This document shows positions 1 to 15,000 of a stretch of DNA of 64,000 bases, piece by piece. The translations under genes were made by a program, and so were the position numbers. The notes under the pieces were generated by a model. That model was not told the origin of the DNA. It did not search any database and saw only the letters and a program-made list of their open reading frames with translations. This DNA comes from an uncultured bacterium (GTDB lineage Bacteria; Patescibacteriota; JACMRA01): the NCBI GenBank assembly GCA_963704645.1, contig OY969926.1, positions 1,208,641 to 1,272,640 on the forward strand, given 5' to 3'. Each line of letters opens with the position of its first letter. The stretch's first letter is position 1.

Positions 1-3000
1 CACTTAAAGTTAATATTCCTTTAGCTGGAGATGTGAAGTTATCTGCTCCAAAGTCACAGACTGTGCTAGCAGCTAGATCGTTAGTTAAAACATCAATTAC
101 TACAGGTACTCCCTGGTTAGTAGTAGCAGTGTCATTAGCGGCTACTGGTGTATACAGTACAGTTACTGTGGCTGAGTTAGATTCTAAAGTAGGACTGCCA
201 CTATCTTTAATTGTGTAGCCAAAGGTATCACTGAAGGGTGAAACGAAGGCTATGTTTGAATTTGCATTTGGGGTATAAGTAACTTTTCCAAAATCAGAAC
301 TTGTTGAGGTGGTGTTTACACTTACTGTACCAGTAGCTGGTTGGGTTGTAATTACAATACTAGCCTTGTCCAAATTAGCGTTGCCTTCAGCGTCTGTGTC
401 GTTAGCTGACACATCTACATCTGCTGGGTTAAAGGCAGGAAGGGTTATTGTATCATTTACAGCTACTGGCGGGGTGTTGTTTACGGTAATGGTTACTGTA
501 GTAGTGCTACTTTCTCCATCGATGTTACAAGCTTTATAGGTAAAGGTATCTGTTCCTGTGTAGTTATTGTTTGGAGTGTAGGTTATTTGATTACCTGAAA
601 TTATAGCAGTTCCGTTTGGAGTTGTGGCTGGAACCGAACCTGTACAGATTGAAGTTGCGTTAGTGTCGTTAGCTAGAACATCTATAACTATTGCACTGTT
701 TGAGTTTAAGGTTCCCGAGTCAGGGTTGGCTATTGGTAAAACTACTGTGATGCTTATTGTGACAGTAGCAATATTGGAATAATCTCCATCATTATCTTTA
801 ATTTTGTAGGTGAAGGTATCACTGCCTGAAGAAGGATAGGAGGAAGGAGTTGGGGTGTAGGTTGCCTCTCCAGTAACTGGATTAATATTTACTGTTCCTT
901 TAGTTGGGACAGTTTCAATTGTTACAGAGGTTAAATCTAAATTACCGTCTGAATCTGTATCGTTGCCAGTGACGTTGATAACAATAGGATTGTTTTTACT
1001 ACCATCTGACGTATCATCATTAGCCACAGGAGCAATGTTTGGTATTACAGTTACATCTACAGTAGCAGTATTACTTGGATTACCAGCAGGATCACAGGCT
1101 GTATAAGTAAAGCTAGTATTGCCAGAATATCCAGGGGTTGGAGTGAAGATAATTTGTTCAACTGTACCTATTACAGTTTTAGCTATACTTCCATTAGATG
1201 GTGAGGATAGAGGAATACAAATTGTAAGAACCTGAGCAGAAGGATCACTATCGTTAGCTAGAACATCAATGGTTACAGAATTGTTTTGATCAGTGGTTAC
1301 GGTATCGTTTACAGCTACTGGGTTTACTGGGGTTACAGTAATGGTAACTGTAGTTTCAGAAGAAGGATTGGTTCCTGCTACAGTGCTACAGGCTGTGTAG
1401 GTAAATGAAGTAGTTCCAAAGTAGCCTATGGTTGGAGTGAATAGTATTTTATCTACTGTGCTACCAGCTGTGCCTGAAGGTACAATAGTAGCTATACCAT
1501 TTGCAGCGTTAGAACCTAAGTTAATAGAACCAACGCAGATATTGGTTGCGTTAGCGTCGTTAGCTAAAACGTCTATAGTAATAGGTGTTGATTCTGGGGT
1601 GGTTGAGGTGTCCGGGGTTGGTTGTAAGTCTAGAATACAAGTGAAAGCATTTTCAAGTGAAGCCGACTGACCATTACTATTGGAAACACTTACTGTTTGG
1701 GATAAACCGTTACTTGGTAAAGTTGTTGCAGTTAGTTGACCAGAAGAAATATATGTACCTTTTAGCTCTACTCCGCAGACAGTTACTGAGATATCATTAG
1801 GATTAAAATTAGTGTAGAAGCCATCTTGATCTCCCTCAGAAGTTATAGTAATACCTCCAATTCCAACAGTATCAAAATATTCACCAGCAATATATAATTT
1901 TCCATTATATTCATAAACTGCTCTAACTTGATTACCGCCTACCCCTCCAATTGCTAATCGTCCTCCAGTTCCACCAATTCCATTTAGCTGAACTAGATTA
2001 CCAGATGTGTCGTATTGTGCAAAGAAAGCATTAGTTCCAGCTCCTGTTATTTTCTTAATACCGTCAGTTAAAGCACTGCTATACCCTCCTCCAATCCATA
2101 TTCTATCATTTGAGTCAATGAACAAATCTCTGGAAGTTCCAAAACCTGGACTTGGAAGAGATTTAACCCATTGGAAAACTCCAGTAGAGGTTAGTTTAGC
2201 TGTAAACACTGTCGCCCCAGTAAGAGAACCATTAACATCAATAGTTCCAAACCTTCCTACGCTACCTCCAAAATATCCTGTTACATAAACATTTTCCGCA
2301 GAGTCTAATTTTATTCCATACGGTAAATCAGTATTTAGATTTATAGGTCCTACAGTACCACCATTAACAGCCCAAACTTCATTACCTGAACTATTCAATT
2401 TTAATATAGCTATGTTACTAGAAGAACCAGTTCCATTACTAAAGTTAGATAGAGAATTTAAAGTAGTAGAGCCAAATGTAATAGATTGAGTATAACCCAT
2501 TGTAGTATAGACGTTACCATTGGAATCAACTGTTAGACCATGCATTTCGCCGTTATCTCCATTTGTGTCACTGGGACTAAGCATTGCAGAATAAGGGTAA
2601 TGTTTAACCCATATATAATCACCATTAGGGCTTAATTTAGCTATAAAGAATTCACCAAAAGATGATGCAATGTTAAAACTAAAGTTTCCGAAAGTTGCTG
2701 TGCTTCCACTAACTTTTCCAGAGAAATATATATTTCCAGCGTCATCTACGTCTACGTTAGTTCCATTTTGTACAGGGAATTCTGTTCCAACATTGAAAAT
2801 AGTATTTGCAGTACCTCCTCCCCCTTTAGCCCAAATAAACTCACCTGTTGTTTTATTAATTTTTGCTATAAATACGTTTGATCCAACACTTCCTGTTAAA
2901 GTAGTAGAACCAAAAGTAGCAGTGCCAGAATAGTACCCAGCCACAACAATTGCGTTATCGGCTTCGTCGTTGCCCATAGATTGCTTCCTTGTAAAACCGT

Positions 3001-6000
3001 CTCTTGTACTTCCTCCAGCTTTGGTGGCCCATAGATAATTTCCAGCGCTATCAATTTTAGCAATATAAATATCTTGCTCTCCGCTACTAACTAGGGTTGT
3101 GAATCCTAAAGTTATTGTTCCTGTAAATTCTCCAGAAACATATTGGCCTGTGCTATCAACCACCATACCTCTTATACCATCATAGTTTGTAGAGCCAATA
3201 CTACTAATATCTTGGTATTGCCCTTCAACAAAATTAGCACCATTTACAGTTACGTTAGTTCCACCAGAAGCAGGGCCGTAGGTAGGACTAACCGAGCTAA
3301 TAGACGGATTAGGAGTCAGTGCAGATGTCCAGTTAGCATTAAAGCCAGATAAATCCAGGTCAGAAGGAATGCTATCAGGATCAGCATTAGGATCAATATT
3401 AGAATCATTACTGGTAAAGGTAATCACCATCAAGCCTGAATTAGAGGTAATACTACTTGGTAGGTTGTTTCCAGAAAACTCTCCCAGAACTAAACTATCT
3501 GTGGTTAAACCATCATATACTTTAACAACATCCACACCTTCTTCAGTTTCTAGATTATTAAAATCTAGAGTTACAGATTCAGCGTTAACTGGAGCAATAA
3601 TCCACCTACAATTAGAATTAATTCTATATGCAGAGCTACCAGAACTTACATTACCAGAACTTTCTGAATAAGTTTCGGTGCCAGAACAATAATTTATTAC
3701 AATATTAGTAACCGTTAGAGTTACTCTTGTAGAAGTATAAGTTGCTGAAACTTGAACAGTTTTATCACCATTTTGAAAAGTAGCAGATGAACCAGCTGGA
3801 AGGTTAGAAAATTCTCCTGTAATAACATTTCCATTGGTTGTTTCTATTAAGGTTCTAGTTTCTCCAACAGTATTTCCAAAGAAAGAAAGGTCTAATCTTG
3901 TTCCATTCAAATTTAAATTGGAACTTGTAATTGTAGTTTTATTGGTTGCCCAAGCTCCGTATGATGAAGCTGAACCACCATTAAAGTTTATTCCATAAGC
4001 AGTAATCAGACCCGGTCTTTGCTGAATTGTGGATGAGTTATTTAAATTAATTGAACTATTAGGTACATTTAAATTTCCAAAAACCCAGATAGTTCCGTTA
4101 TTAACGTCAACAGTTCCGTTTAAAGTTGTAGCTGAGGAATAATTTATTTCAAGAGTTCCGCTATTAAGTATAAAGTTTGGATCAATTTTTTGATTGGCAG
4201 TGAAAATTAAGTTAGATTGACCATTTTTAACAAAAGTACCAGTACCGTTTATATTTCCACTGAATTGGCTATTCAAAGAATCACAGCCTGTAGTATAAGT
4301 TTTACCAGCGTTAATAGTAATATTTCCACTTCCTTCTATTTTGCAGCTGGTCACATTGGTGTTAAAAATAAAATCTCCGCTACCAGCAGTTGTGCTAATT
4401 CCAGCCGACACGTTTAAGTTGTTACCCGAAAGAATATATGGCTGTGAGTTTAGTGATTCAACTACTACAGTGCTTAAGCTTAGCCCAACAATATCATTGT
4501 TCAAATTATACGTGGAAGCTGAGGATGGGAAAATTATGCTCGTTTCGCTGTTTGGAATACTATCCTGGCAATTAGTCCAGTTTCCGCTATTTGAAAAATT
4601 GCTGTTGATACTACCTGTCCAAGTACAAATTCTACTAGCATACAAATAAGTAAGCCCAGTGTATTGAGTCCCGTCTCCATTTGTTAAAACAACGTTTACT
4701 AAACCAGGGGCGCGAGCAGGAGTAAGTGCAGTGATGGTAGTAGAGTTAACAGCAGTTACCGAACTAGCTGCTACTCCGTCAAACGTAGCAGATAATGAGC
4801 CTTGTATATTGATACTATTGCTAGCAGGGCTGGTTCTTTGTGTAGTGTCACCATAGCCTAGCTGACCAGCAAAATTGTATCCCCAACATTTTACATTTCC
4901 TGTGGAAAGTTGGGCGCATGTGTGATTATCTCCAGCGCTAACCTGTGTTGCTGTACCTCCTAAAACTAGGTCTAATCCTGGTGTATTTCGGTTTGTAGTG
5001 TTGCCATAACCTAATTGCCCATAACCATTGTATCCCCAACATTTTACGTTTCCAGTAGAAAGTATGGAACAAGTGTGATTGGCACCAGCTGTAAGCTGAA
5101 TTGTGGCAGCTCCCAATGCTATATCAGCACCCGGTGTATTTCGGTTTGTAGTGTTGCCATAACCTAATTGCCCGTAACCATTGTATCCCCAACATTTTAC
5201 ATTTCCTGAAGAAAGTAGAGCGCAGGTGTGGCTATCTCCAACAGTAATCTGAGTTGCAGTACCTCCTAAATCTATATCTGATTCGGGACTGGTTCTTTGT
5301 GTAGTATCACCGTAACCTAGTTGGCCATAAGAATTATCTCCCCAGCATTTTACACTTCCAGTAGATAGTAGAGCGCAGGTGTGGTAAGTTCCAGAAATAA
5401 TCTTAGTTGCAGCACCCCCTAAATCTACATCTGGCCCTGGAGTATCTCTTGAAGCAGTGTCGCCATAGCCTAGCTCGCCATAGTTATTATAACCCCAACA
5501 CTTTACATTTCCAGAAGAAAGTAGAGCACAAGTACGATCTGTTGAAGTAATAATCTGAGTTGCAGCTCCCCCTAAATCTACATCTGGCCCTGGAGTGTTT
5601 CTGTCTGTATAATCACCATAGCCTAGTTGGCCCCATCCATTATAACCCCAACACTTCACATTTCCAGAAGAAAGTAGAGCACAAGTATGTCTTTCTCCCG
5701 CACTAATCTGAGTTGCAGCTCCCCCTAAATCTAGGTCTGATCCTGCTGTATTTCTGTCCGTATCATCACCATATCCTAATTGGCCATATAGATTATATCC
5801 CCAACATCTTACTTTACCAGTTGAAAGTACTGTGCATGTGTGATTTTTTCCAGCACTAGTTTGAACCACTCTTGCTTGAGAAGTAAATCCTGCACCTGTA
5901 AAAGTTACACTAGAGCCTCCTGCTATGTTACCAGAGTTTGGAGTAATTGTTGGTAAAATTACCGTTACATCACCACCATTAGCATAAACAGAGCCACTTC

Positions 6001-9000
6001 CGCTTGCACTGTACTGACTTGTAAGGGTTCCAGGGTTGCTACTCGTAGGAATATTGTTACAAGTAATAGTTGGACCACTTGCCACCAAAGGACAGTTTAC
6101 AACCACCCCAGATATTCCAATACGTACATTTACACTTCCTAAAAGAATATTTTGGTCTGCGCTGGTAATAATGGTACAGTTTACAGCTCCGTTCTCCATT
6201 ACTGTGTTTGGGTTACAGGTTAAACTTGTAATATCCGAGTTAATTATAGGTCTTGGTACAGCGTAGGTATAAGCGTTATTTAAATTATAAACAGTACCAT
6301 CTCCATTTGTTAAAACTACATTTACTAGTCCAGCAGCATGGGCAGGTGTAACTGCGGTGATGGTAGTAGAATTGACTACAGTTACAAAGGATGCAGCCAT
6401 TCCATCAAAAGAAGCAGATAAAGAACCTGGCATAGAAATGCTATTGCTAGCAGGACTGGTTCTACCTGTTAAATCTCCATAGCCTAGTTGACCATAAAAA
6501 TTGCCACCCCAACATTTTACATTTGCAGAGGAAAGTAGTGCACAAGTCTGGTAAGCACCTGTACTAATTTGAGTTGCAACACCCCCTAATGCTATATCTT
6601 GCCCTGGTGTATTTCTGTTGGCAGTATTGCCATAACCTAGCTGGCCGTTAGAATTAAATCCCCAACACTTTAAGTTTCCAGTAGAAAGTAGAGCGCAGGT
6701 GTGATTAGTTCCACCAGAGACTAGAGTTGCAGTACTCCCTAAAGCTATATCTGGTCCTGGTAGATTTCTGCTTACATTGTCACCATATCCAAGCTCGCCA
6801 TTTCCATTATATCCCCAACATTTTACGCTACCATTAGAAAGAACTGCACATGTGCGAATCTCACCAGCAAAAACTTGAGTTGCAGTGTTTCCTAAAGCTA
6901 TATCCGGTCCTGGTAGGTTTCTGTTTGTATCGTCTCCGTAACCAAGCTCGCCGTAACCATTGTATCCCCAACATTTTACGTTTCCAGTAGAAAGTAAGGC
7001 GCAAGTGTGAAATCTTCCAACACTAACCTGAGTTGCAGTAGCACCTAGAGCTATGTCTGGTCCTGGTAGATTTCTATTCGCAGTATCTCCGTAGCCTAGT
7101 TGTCCGTATTGATTGTTTCCCCAACATTTTACGTTTCCAGTAGAAAGTAAGGCGCAGGTATGACTAGTTCCAGCGCTAACCTGTGTTGCAGTAGCGCCTA
7201 GAGCTATGTCTGGTCCTGGTAGGTTTCTTTGTACAGTATCACCATAGCCTAGCTGGCTATTAAAATTAGCTCCCCAACATTTTACGTTTCCAGTAGAAAG
7301 AACTGCACAGGTGTAACGATTTCCAACACTCACCTGTGTCGCAGTAGAACCAAGGGCTATATCTGGTCCTGGTGAGTTTCTGTTTGTGGTGTTTCCATAG
7401 CCAAGTTGACCATTAGAATTCTCTCCCCAACATTTTACATTTCCGACAGATGTCAGAGCACAAGTATGATATTCTCCAGCGCTTGTCTGAACCACTCTTG
7501 CCTGAGAAGTAAATCCGACACCTGTAAAAGTTACGTTAGATCCACCAGCTATGTTGCCAGAGTTTGGAGTAATCGTTGGTAAGATTACCTCTATATTTGC
7601 ACCATCAGCATAAACAGAATTACTTCCGCTGGCACTGTACTGACTTGTAAGGGTTCCAGGGTTGCTGCCCACAGGAATGTTATTACAAGAAACAGTTGTG
7701 CCATTTGCAGCTACAGGACAGTTTACGACCGTACCAGAAGTGGTAATTCTTACATTCACACTTCCTGAAAGAGTGGTTTGATCTACATTAGTTGTTATTG
7801 TACAATTTACTAAGGAATTAACATAAATTGTATTTGATGCGTTATTACACACTAAACTTGAAATATCTGAATTTTGGATTGGAATTTTAGCTGGCGCTAT
7901 TACAATATCGTTACCGTTAACATAAACAGAATTACTTCCACTAGCACTATACTGGCTTGTAAGAGTTCCAGCGTTGCCGCCTAAAGGAACATTATTACAG
8001 ATAATAGTTGAACCAATTACTGCTACAGGGCAGTTTACTACTGTACCAGAAGTTCCAATTCGCACATCCACACTTCCTAAGAAATTATTTTGTTCAATGT
8101 TGGTTGTTATAATACAGCTTACATTAAACTCAGCAAAAGAAGAACTTGGACTACACACTAAACTTGCAATATCTTCGTTAGTTATAGTTCTCGGCACTAC
8201 GTAAGTATAAAGATCGTTTAAATTATAAACAGCACCGTCTCCATTTGTTAAAACAACGTTTACCAATCCTTCAGCATGGGCAGGAGTAACTGCTATAATA
8301 GTTGTGGGATTCACATAAGTCACTGAAGTTGCTGCTATTCCATCAAACGATAGAGATAGGAGGCTTTGTATAGAGATGCTATTATTAGCAGGGCTGGTTA
8401 ACTCTGTAGTATTTCCATTACCTAGTTGGCCGTTAGAATTACCACCCCAACATTTTACGCTTTCATTAGAAAGGACAGAACAAACATGGCTAGACCCAAC
8501 ACTCACCTGATTTGCACTTAATCCTAATGCTATATTTGATCCTGGACTAGTTCTTCGTGTAGTATCACCATAACCTAGTTGTCCACTATAATTAGCACCC
8601 CAACATTTTACGTTTCCAGAAGAAAGCAAGGCACAAGTGTTGCTAAATCCAGTAGCAATCTGACTTGCAGTATCTCCTAGCGCTATATCTGAACCTGGAG
8701 TATTTCTTTGTGTAGTGTCACCATAGCCTAATTGACCTTCTCCATTATTTCCCCAACATTTTACATTACCGTTAGAAAGAAGGGCACAAGTGTGATTACT
8801 TCCAACATTAAGCTGAGTTACTGCACCTCCTAAAGATATATCTGGTCCTGGCAAGGTTCTACTTGTAAAATCACCATATCCTAGTTGGCCGTTTCCATTA
8901 TATCCCCAACATTTTACATTCCCAGTAGAAAGAAGGGCACAGGTGTGAGACTGTCCAGTCGTAACCATAGTTGCAGTAGCCCCTAAATCTACATCTGGTC

Positions 9001-12000
9001 CTGGAGAGCTTCTATCTATATTATCGCCATATCCTAATTGGCTATATCCATTGTAACCCCAACATTTTACATTACCATTAGAAAGAAGGGCACAGGTGTG
9101 AGACTGTCCAGTCGTAACCATAGTTGCAGTAGCTCCTAAAGCAATTTCTGGCCCTGGAATAGTTCTTAAAGAAGTATCACCATATCCTAATTGGCCGTTT
9201 CCATTATATCCCCAACATTTTACATTACCATTAGAGAGTATTGCACAAGTGTGACTATCTCCAGCAACAACCATAGTTGCAGTAGCTCCTAAATCTACAT
9301 CTGGTCCTGGTAGATTACTGTTTATAAAACTTCCAACACCAAGTTGGCCATAATAATTAGCACCCCAACATTTTACATTTCCACTTGAAAGAAGGGCGCA
9401 GCTATGATTAGCTCCAACACTGGTCTGAATTACTCTAGGCTGTGGAGTAAATCTGGTTCCACTTAAAGTTACATTAGATCCTCCTACTGTAGAGCCAACA
9501 TTTGGAGTAATTGTTATAGGTACAACCACTATATCATTTCCATTTGCATAAACAGGGCTGCTTCCACTAGCACTATACTGACTAGCAAATGTTCCACCAT
9601 TATTTCCTACAGGAATATTATTACAAGTTATGGTTGTGCCACTTGGGACTAAAGGACAGTTTACTACAGTTCCAGAATCTCCTATACGTATATTCACGCT
9701 TCCAGAAAGAATATTTTGATCTGTGTTAGTTGTAGTAGTACAATTTACTGTAGTGTTTGCTACCGTAGGAGTTGGATTACAAACTAAAGCTGAGATATTA
9801 GAGTTTTGAATTGGTGTTATAGGTATAACAACTATATCATTTCCATTAGCATAAACAGAGCTGCTTCCGCTAGCACTATACTGACTAGCAAATGTTCCGC
9901 CGTTACTTCCTACATTAATATTATTACAAGTTATGGTTGTGCCACTTGGGACTAAAGGACAGTTTACTACAGTTCCAGAATCTCCTATACGTATATTCAC
10001 ACTTCCTGAAAGTGTATTTTGATCTACATTGGTAGTTATGGTACAGTTTACGTTAGTGTTTGCTATTGCTGTAGTTGGAGTACAGGTTAGTGATGAAATG
10101 TTTGAGTTAACAACGTCTGGGGGTGCAGCATAAGTGTAAGCATTATTTAAGTTAAATGCAGCACCATCTCCATTAGTTAAGACCACGTTTACAAGCCCAT
10201 CAGCATGAGCAGGTGTAACTGCAGATATGGTGGTAGGGTTAACTATAGTTACTGAGGTTGCAGCTATACCGTCAAACAAAGCAGATAAATTACCTAAAAT
10301 AGAAAGACTATCACTTGCGGGGCTTGCCCTTCCTATAGTATCACCATAGCCTAGTTTTCCATAAGAATTGTCACCCCAGCATTTTACACTATCAGCTGAA
10401 AGTACAGCACAGGTGTGATTTGATCCAGCAGCAACCTGAAGCGAGTTGGCTCCCAAAACTATATCTTGTCCAGGCAAGGTTCTTAGTGAATAATCTCCAT
10501 AGCCTAATTGGCCTGAAAAATTAGCACCCCAGCATTTTAATTTTTCATTTGATAAAAGGGCACATGTGTGGAAAGGTCCCACACTAATCTGCCTGGCATT
10601 AGCCCCTAAAGATAAGTCTGACCCTGGTACGCTTCTTGACGTAGTGTCACCATAGCCTAATTGACCATAAGAATTGTCGCCCCAACATTTTGCTTTTCCA
10701 GAAGAAAGAATTGCACAGGTGGAACTTCCTCCAAGAGTAATTTTAGTTGCGGAAGTTGCTAAAACAATATCTGGCCCTGGTGCGTTTCTTGATGTAGTAT
10801 CGCCATAACCTAGTTGGCCATAGAAATTACCACCCCAACATTTTATATTTCCTGAGGAAAGAATTGCACAGGTATGAACATCTCCGACGCTAACCTGAGT
10901 TGCAGCCGCTCCTAAATTTATATCTGAGCCTGGTGCGTTTCTTTGTGTGTTGTCACCGTAACCTAACTGTCCAGAAAAATTAGCACCCCAACATTTTACA
11001 CTTCCAGTGGAAAGAAGGGCACAGGTGTGAAACCTTCCAGCAATAATTTGAATTGTAGTGGCTCCTAAATTTATTTCAGAACCAGGTGCGTTTCTTTGCA
11101 CAGTATCACCATAACCTAGCTCGCCATTTCCATTATATCCCCAACATTTTACATTTCCATTTGAAAGAAGAGCGCAAGTATTATTTTCGCCGGTGCTAAT
11201 CTGTGTGGCACTAACTCCTAAATTTATATCTGATAACGCGCTACTTCTGTTTGTAGTGTCTCCATAACCTAACTGGCCGTTTCCATTATATCCCCAACAT
11301 CTTACATTTCCAGTAGATAGAAGGGTGCAAGTATGATTTTGACCGGCACTTGTCTGAACCACTCTGGCCTGAGAAGTAAAACCAGTTCCAGTAAAAGTTA
11401 CTGTAGTTCCCCCTACTGTATTACCAGAAGTTGGTGAAAGAGTTATGGGTATTACCGCTACGTTGTTACCATTAGAGTAAACAGAATTGTTACCACTTCC
11501 ACTATACTGACTTGCAAAAGTACCAGAATTAGCACCTACGGGAATATTGTTACAGGTTATAGTTGTACCACTGGCGTTTACAGGGCAATTGACCACCAAA
11601 CCAGAATCTCCGATACGAACATTTACACTTCCAGAAAGTTCATTTTGGTTTATGTTTGTAGTTATTATACAGTTTACAGTAGTGTTTATTATTGCTGTAG
11701 TTGGACTACAAGATAAGCTTGCAATATCCAAGTTATTTATATTTCTTGGAACAGCGTAAGTATAACCATTATTTAAATTATAAGTGGAGCTATCTCCATT
11801 TGTTAAGACTACATTTACTATTCCCTCAGAACGAGCAGGTGTAACTGCAGTTATTGTAGTAGAGTTAACATAAGTTACTGATGATGCAGCTATTCCATCA
11901 AAAGTAACAGTGAATGTAACTAGTACAGGAACAATATTAGCATCAGGGATATTTCTTTGTATGGTATCGCCATAACCTAATTGCCCGTATTCATTATTAC

Positions 12001-15000
12001 CCCAGCATTTTACATTACTAGTTGAAAGAACAGCGCAAGTATTGCCTCCTCCAGTACTAATAAAAGCTGCAGCAGTTCCCATATTTATGTCGGGACCAGG
12101 TGCGTTTCTTTGAGAATAATCTCCATAGCCTAATTGGCCATTATAATTTTCGCCCCAGCATTTCACGTTTCCATTAGAAAGTAAGGCGCATGTGTGATAG
12201 CTTGAAGTACTAATAGAAGTTGCATTAGCTCCTAAATTTATATCGGGACCAGGTGCGTTTCTTTGGGTGGTGTCACCGTAGCCTAGTTGACCACTAGAAT
12301 TAGCACCCCAGCATTTTACATTTTCGGTAGAAAGCAAGGCGCAAGTATGATAGAATCCAGCATTAGCACTGATTGCATTAGATCCTAAATTTATATCAGG
12401 TCCAGGTGCGTTTCTTTGAGTAGAATCTCCATAACCTAATTGGCCATTGGAGTTGCTTCCCCAGCATTTTACATTTCCTGCTGTAAGTACAGCACAGGTA
12501 TGATCGCCTCCAGTAATAACCTGTATTGCGGTGCCGCCTAAAGCTATGTCTGGCCCTGGAGTATTTCTTGTTGTTGTATTACCATAGCCTAGTTGACCAT
12601 TAAAATTACTACCCCAGCATTTCACGTTTCCATTAGAAAGTAAGGCGCATGTGTGAGCACCTCTAGAGCTAATCTGAGTAGCAGTAGACCCAAGACTAAT
12701 ACTTGGTCCAGGGGCATTTCTCTGGGTAAAATCGCCATAGCCCAATTGTCCATTTCCATTATTTCCCCAACATTTTACACTTCCGTTAGAAAGTAAGGCA
12801 CATGTGTGAAAATATCCAGAGGTAATTTGAGTTGCGGTATCTCCTAAAGGTATATCAACCCCTGGCGTGCTTAAGTTTGCAGTGTCGCCATAGCCTAGCT
12901 GGCCGTTTCCATTGTAACCCCAACATTTTACGCTACCATTCGAGAGTAAGGCACAAGTGTGAAGCGATCCGCTACTTGTCTTTACAACTCTAGCTTGATT
13001 ACTAAATCCTGCTCCTGTAAAAGTTACTGTAGTTCCTCCAAGTATGTTACCAGTATTTGGTGCAAGTATTATAGGCTCTACTACTATATCGTTGCCGTTA
13101 ATATAAGTGGAGCTACTTCCACTAGCTGCAAATTGACTTGTAAGAGTTGTTACATTAGTTCCAACATTAACATTATTACATGCTAAAGTTGTACCGCTAG
13201 CAGCTAAAGGACAATTAACAACTGTACCAGAATCTCCTATACGTACATTCACACTTCCTGAAAGAATGTTTTGGTCTGTGCTGGTTGTAATTGTACAGTT
13301 TACTGTAGTGTTTGCTATTGCTGTGGTTGGGTTGCAGGTTAGCGATGAAATGTTTGAATTTTGAATTGGTGTAATTGGTATAACCACTATATCATTACCA
13401 TTAACATAAACAGAACTACTTCCACTAGCACTATATTGACTTGTTAAAGTTCCACCATTACTTCCAACATTAACATTATTACATGCTAAAGTTGTACCGC
13501 TAGCAGCTAAAGGACAATTAACAACTGTACCAGAATCTCCTATACGTACATTCACACTTCCTGAAAGAATGTTTTGGTCTGTGCTGGTTGTAATTGTACA
13601 GTTTACTGTAGTGTTTGCTATTGCTGTGGTTGGGTTGCAGGTTAGCGATGAAATATTGGAGTTTTCTATTGGAGTGGTTGGTATTACAACTATATCATTG
13701 CCATTAGCATAAACAGGGCTGCTTCCACTAGCACTATACTGACTAGCAAATGTTCCACCATTATTTCCTACAGGAATATTATTACAGCTAATACTTGTAC
13801 CGCTTGCTGCTATGGGACAGTTTACTATTGTACCAGAATCTCCTATACGTACATTCACACTTCCTGAAAGTGTATTTTGGTCTACGTTAGTTATTATGGT
13901 ACAGTTTACTGTGGTGTTTACTATTCCTGTGACTGGGTTACAGGTTAAACTTGTAATATCAGAGTTTTGAATGGCTGGATTTAAATTTGGTATTTCATAA
14001 GTAATTCTATAATTATTTGTTAAAACATTACTTCTATAGACTGCTTGTCTTCCAACTAACCCCAAACTATCTGACAAACCTATACTTGCTGAACTTCCAA
14101 GCTCAGACATATTTAAATATTGAATAGCTATCGCTCCATTTTGACTTAATAATACCTGAAAAGTTAATGAGCCACTTCCACAACATTTCTGTACCTGATT
14201 CCACTCTATAACAAAAGTTTGATTGCCAGGATCTCCAATTGTTTTGGTATAAATGGTACCTTGTCCTCCTCCATTATATAAATCTGCCCAATATGGAGCT
14301 ATAATATTCCTACTTGATGTACCTGTAGATGGCAAAACAGTATTACTATAAGATGAGTTAGCACCGTTAAATGAAATTAAACCATTAGAGCTAATGTACA
14401 TTGAATTATATGCATTACCATAAAAATTAAAGGTAAATGGTAAAGATTTTAAAATTGAATTATCGTCTGCAAATAAGCCGGTACTATCACCATCGGTTGC
14501 GTCTACCCAGCTAAACCCCGAAGCGTTAAGTGTTTGTGTATAGTTAAATGGTTCAGCTGAAACCACTATATCATTACCATTAGCATAAACAGAACTACTT
14601 CCACTAGCACTATACTGACTTGTTAAAGTGCCGGGATTACTGCCAACAGGAATGTTATTACAAGAAATAGTTGTGCCACTTGCTTCTACCGGACAGTTTA
14701 CTACTATACCAGATGTTCCTATACGCACATCTACGCTTCCTGTAAAAGTACTTTGATCTTCATTAGTTGTTATAATACAATTTACTGTAGTGTTTACAAT
14801 TGCTGCAGTTGGTTCACAAATTAATGATGCAATGTCTTCATTAACTATATCTCCAGAAGCTTGAGCTATTTTAAAATCTCTTGGTGTAAGATTAGAAGCA
14901 GCCATTAGCCCACCTATAAGCATTATTAAGGTTAAAAGTAGCAACCCTGTATTAAGAAACTTATTATTGTTGAATTTACGGGTTTTTAAAATTTTTTTAA

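Noticed and set aside
4820-12990. Regular 153-bp periodicity resembling a CRISPR array
   Set aside because: The units are in-frame RCC1 coding repeats with synonymous variation. There is no repeat-spacer structure and no cas gene.
33-13186. Many short plus-strand ORFs
   Set aside because: They are antisense shadows of the giant minus-strand gene and recur with its repeats.
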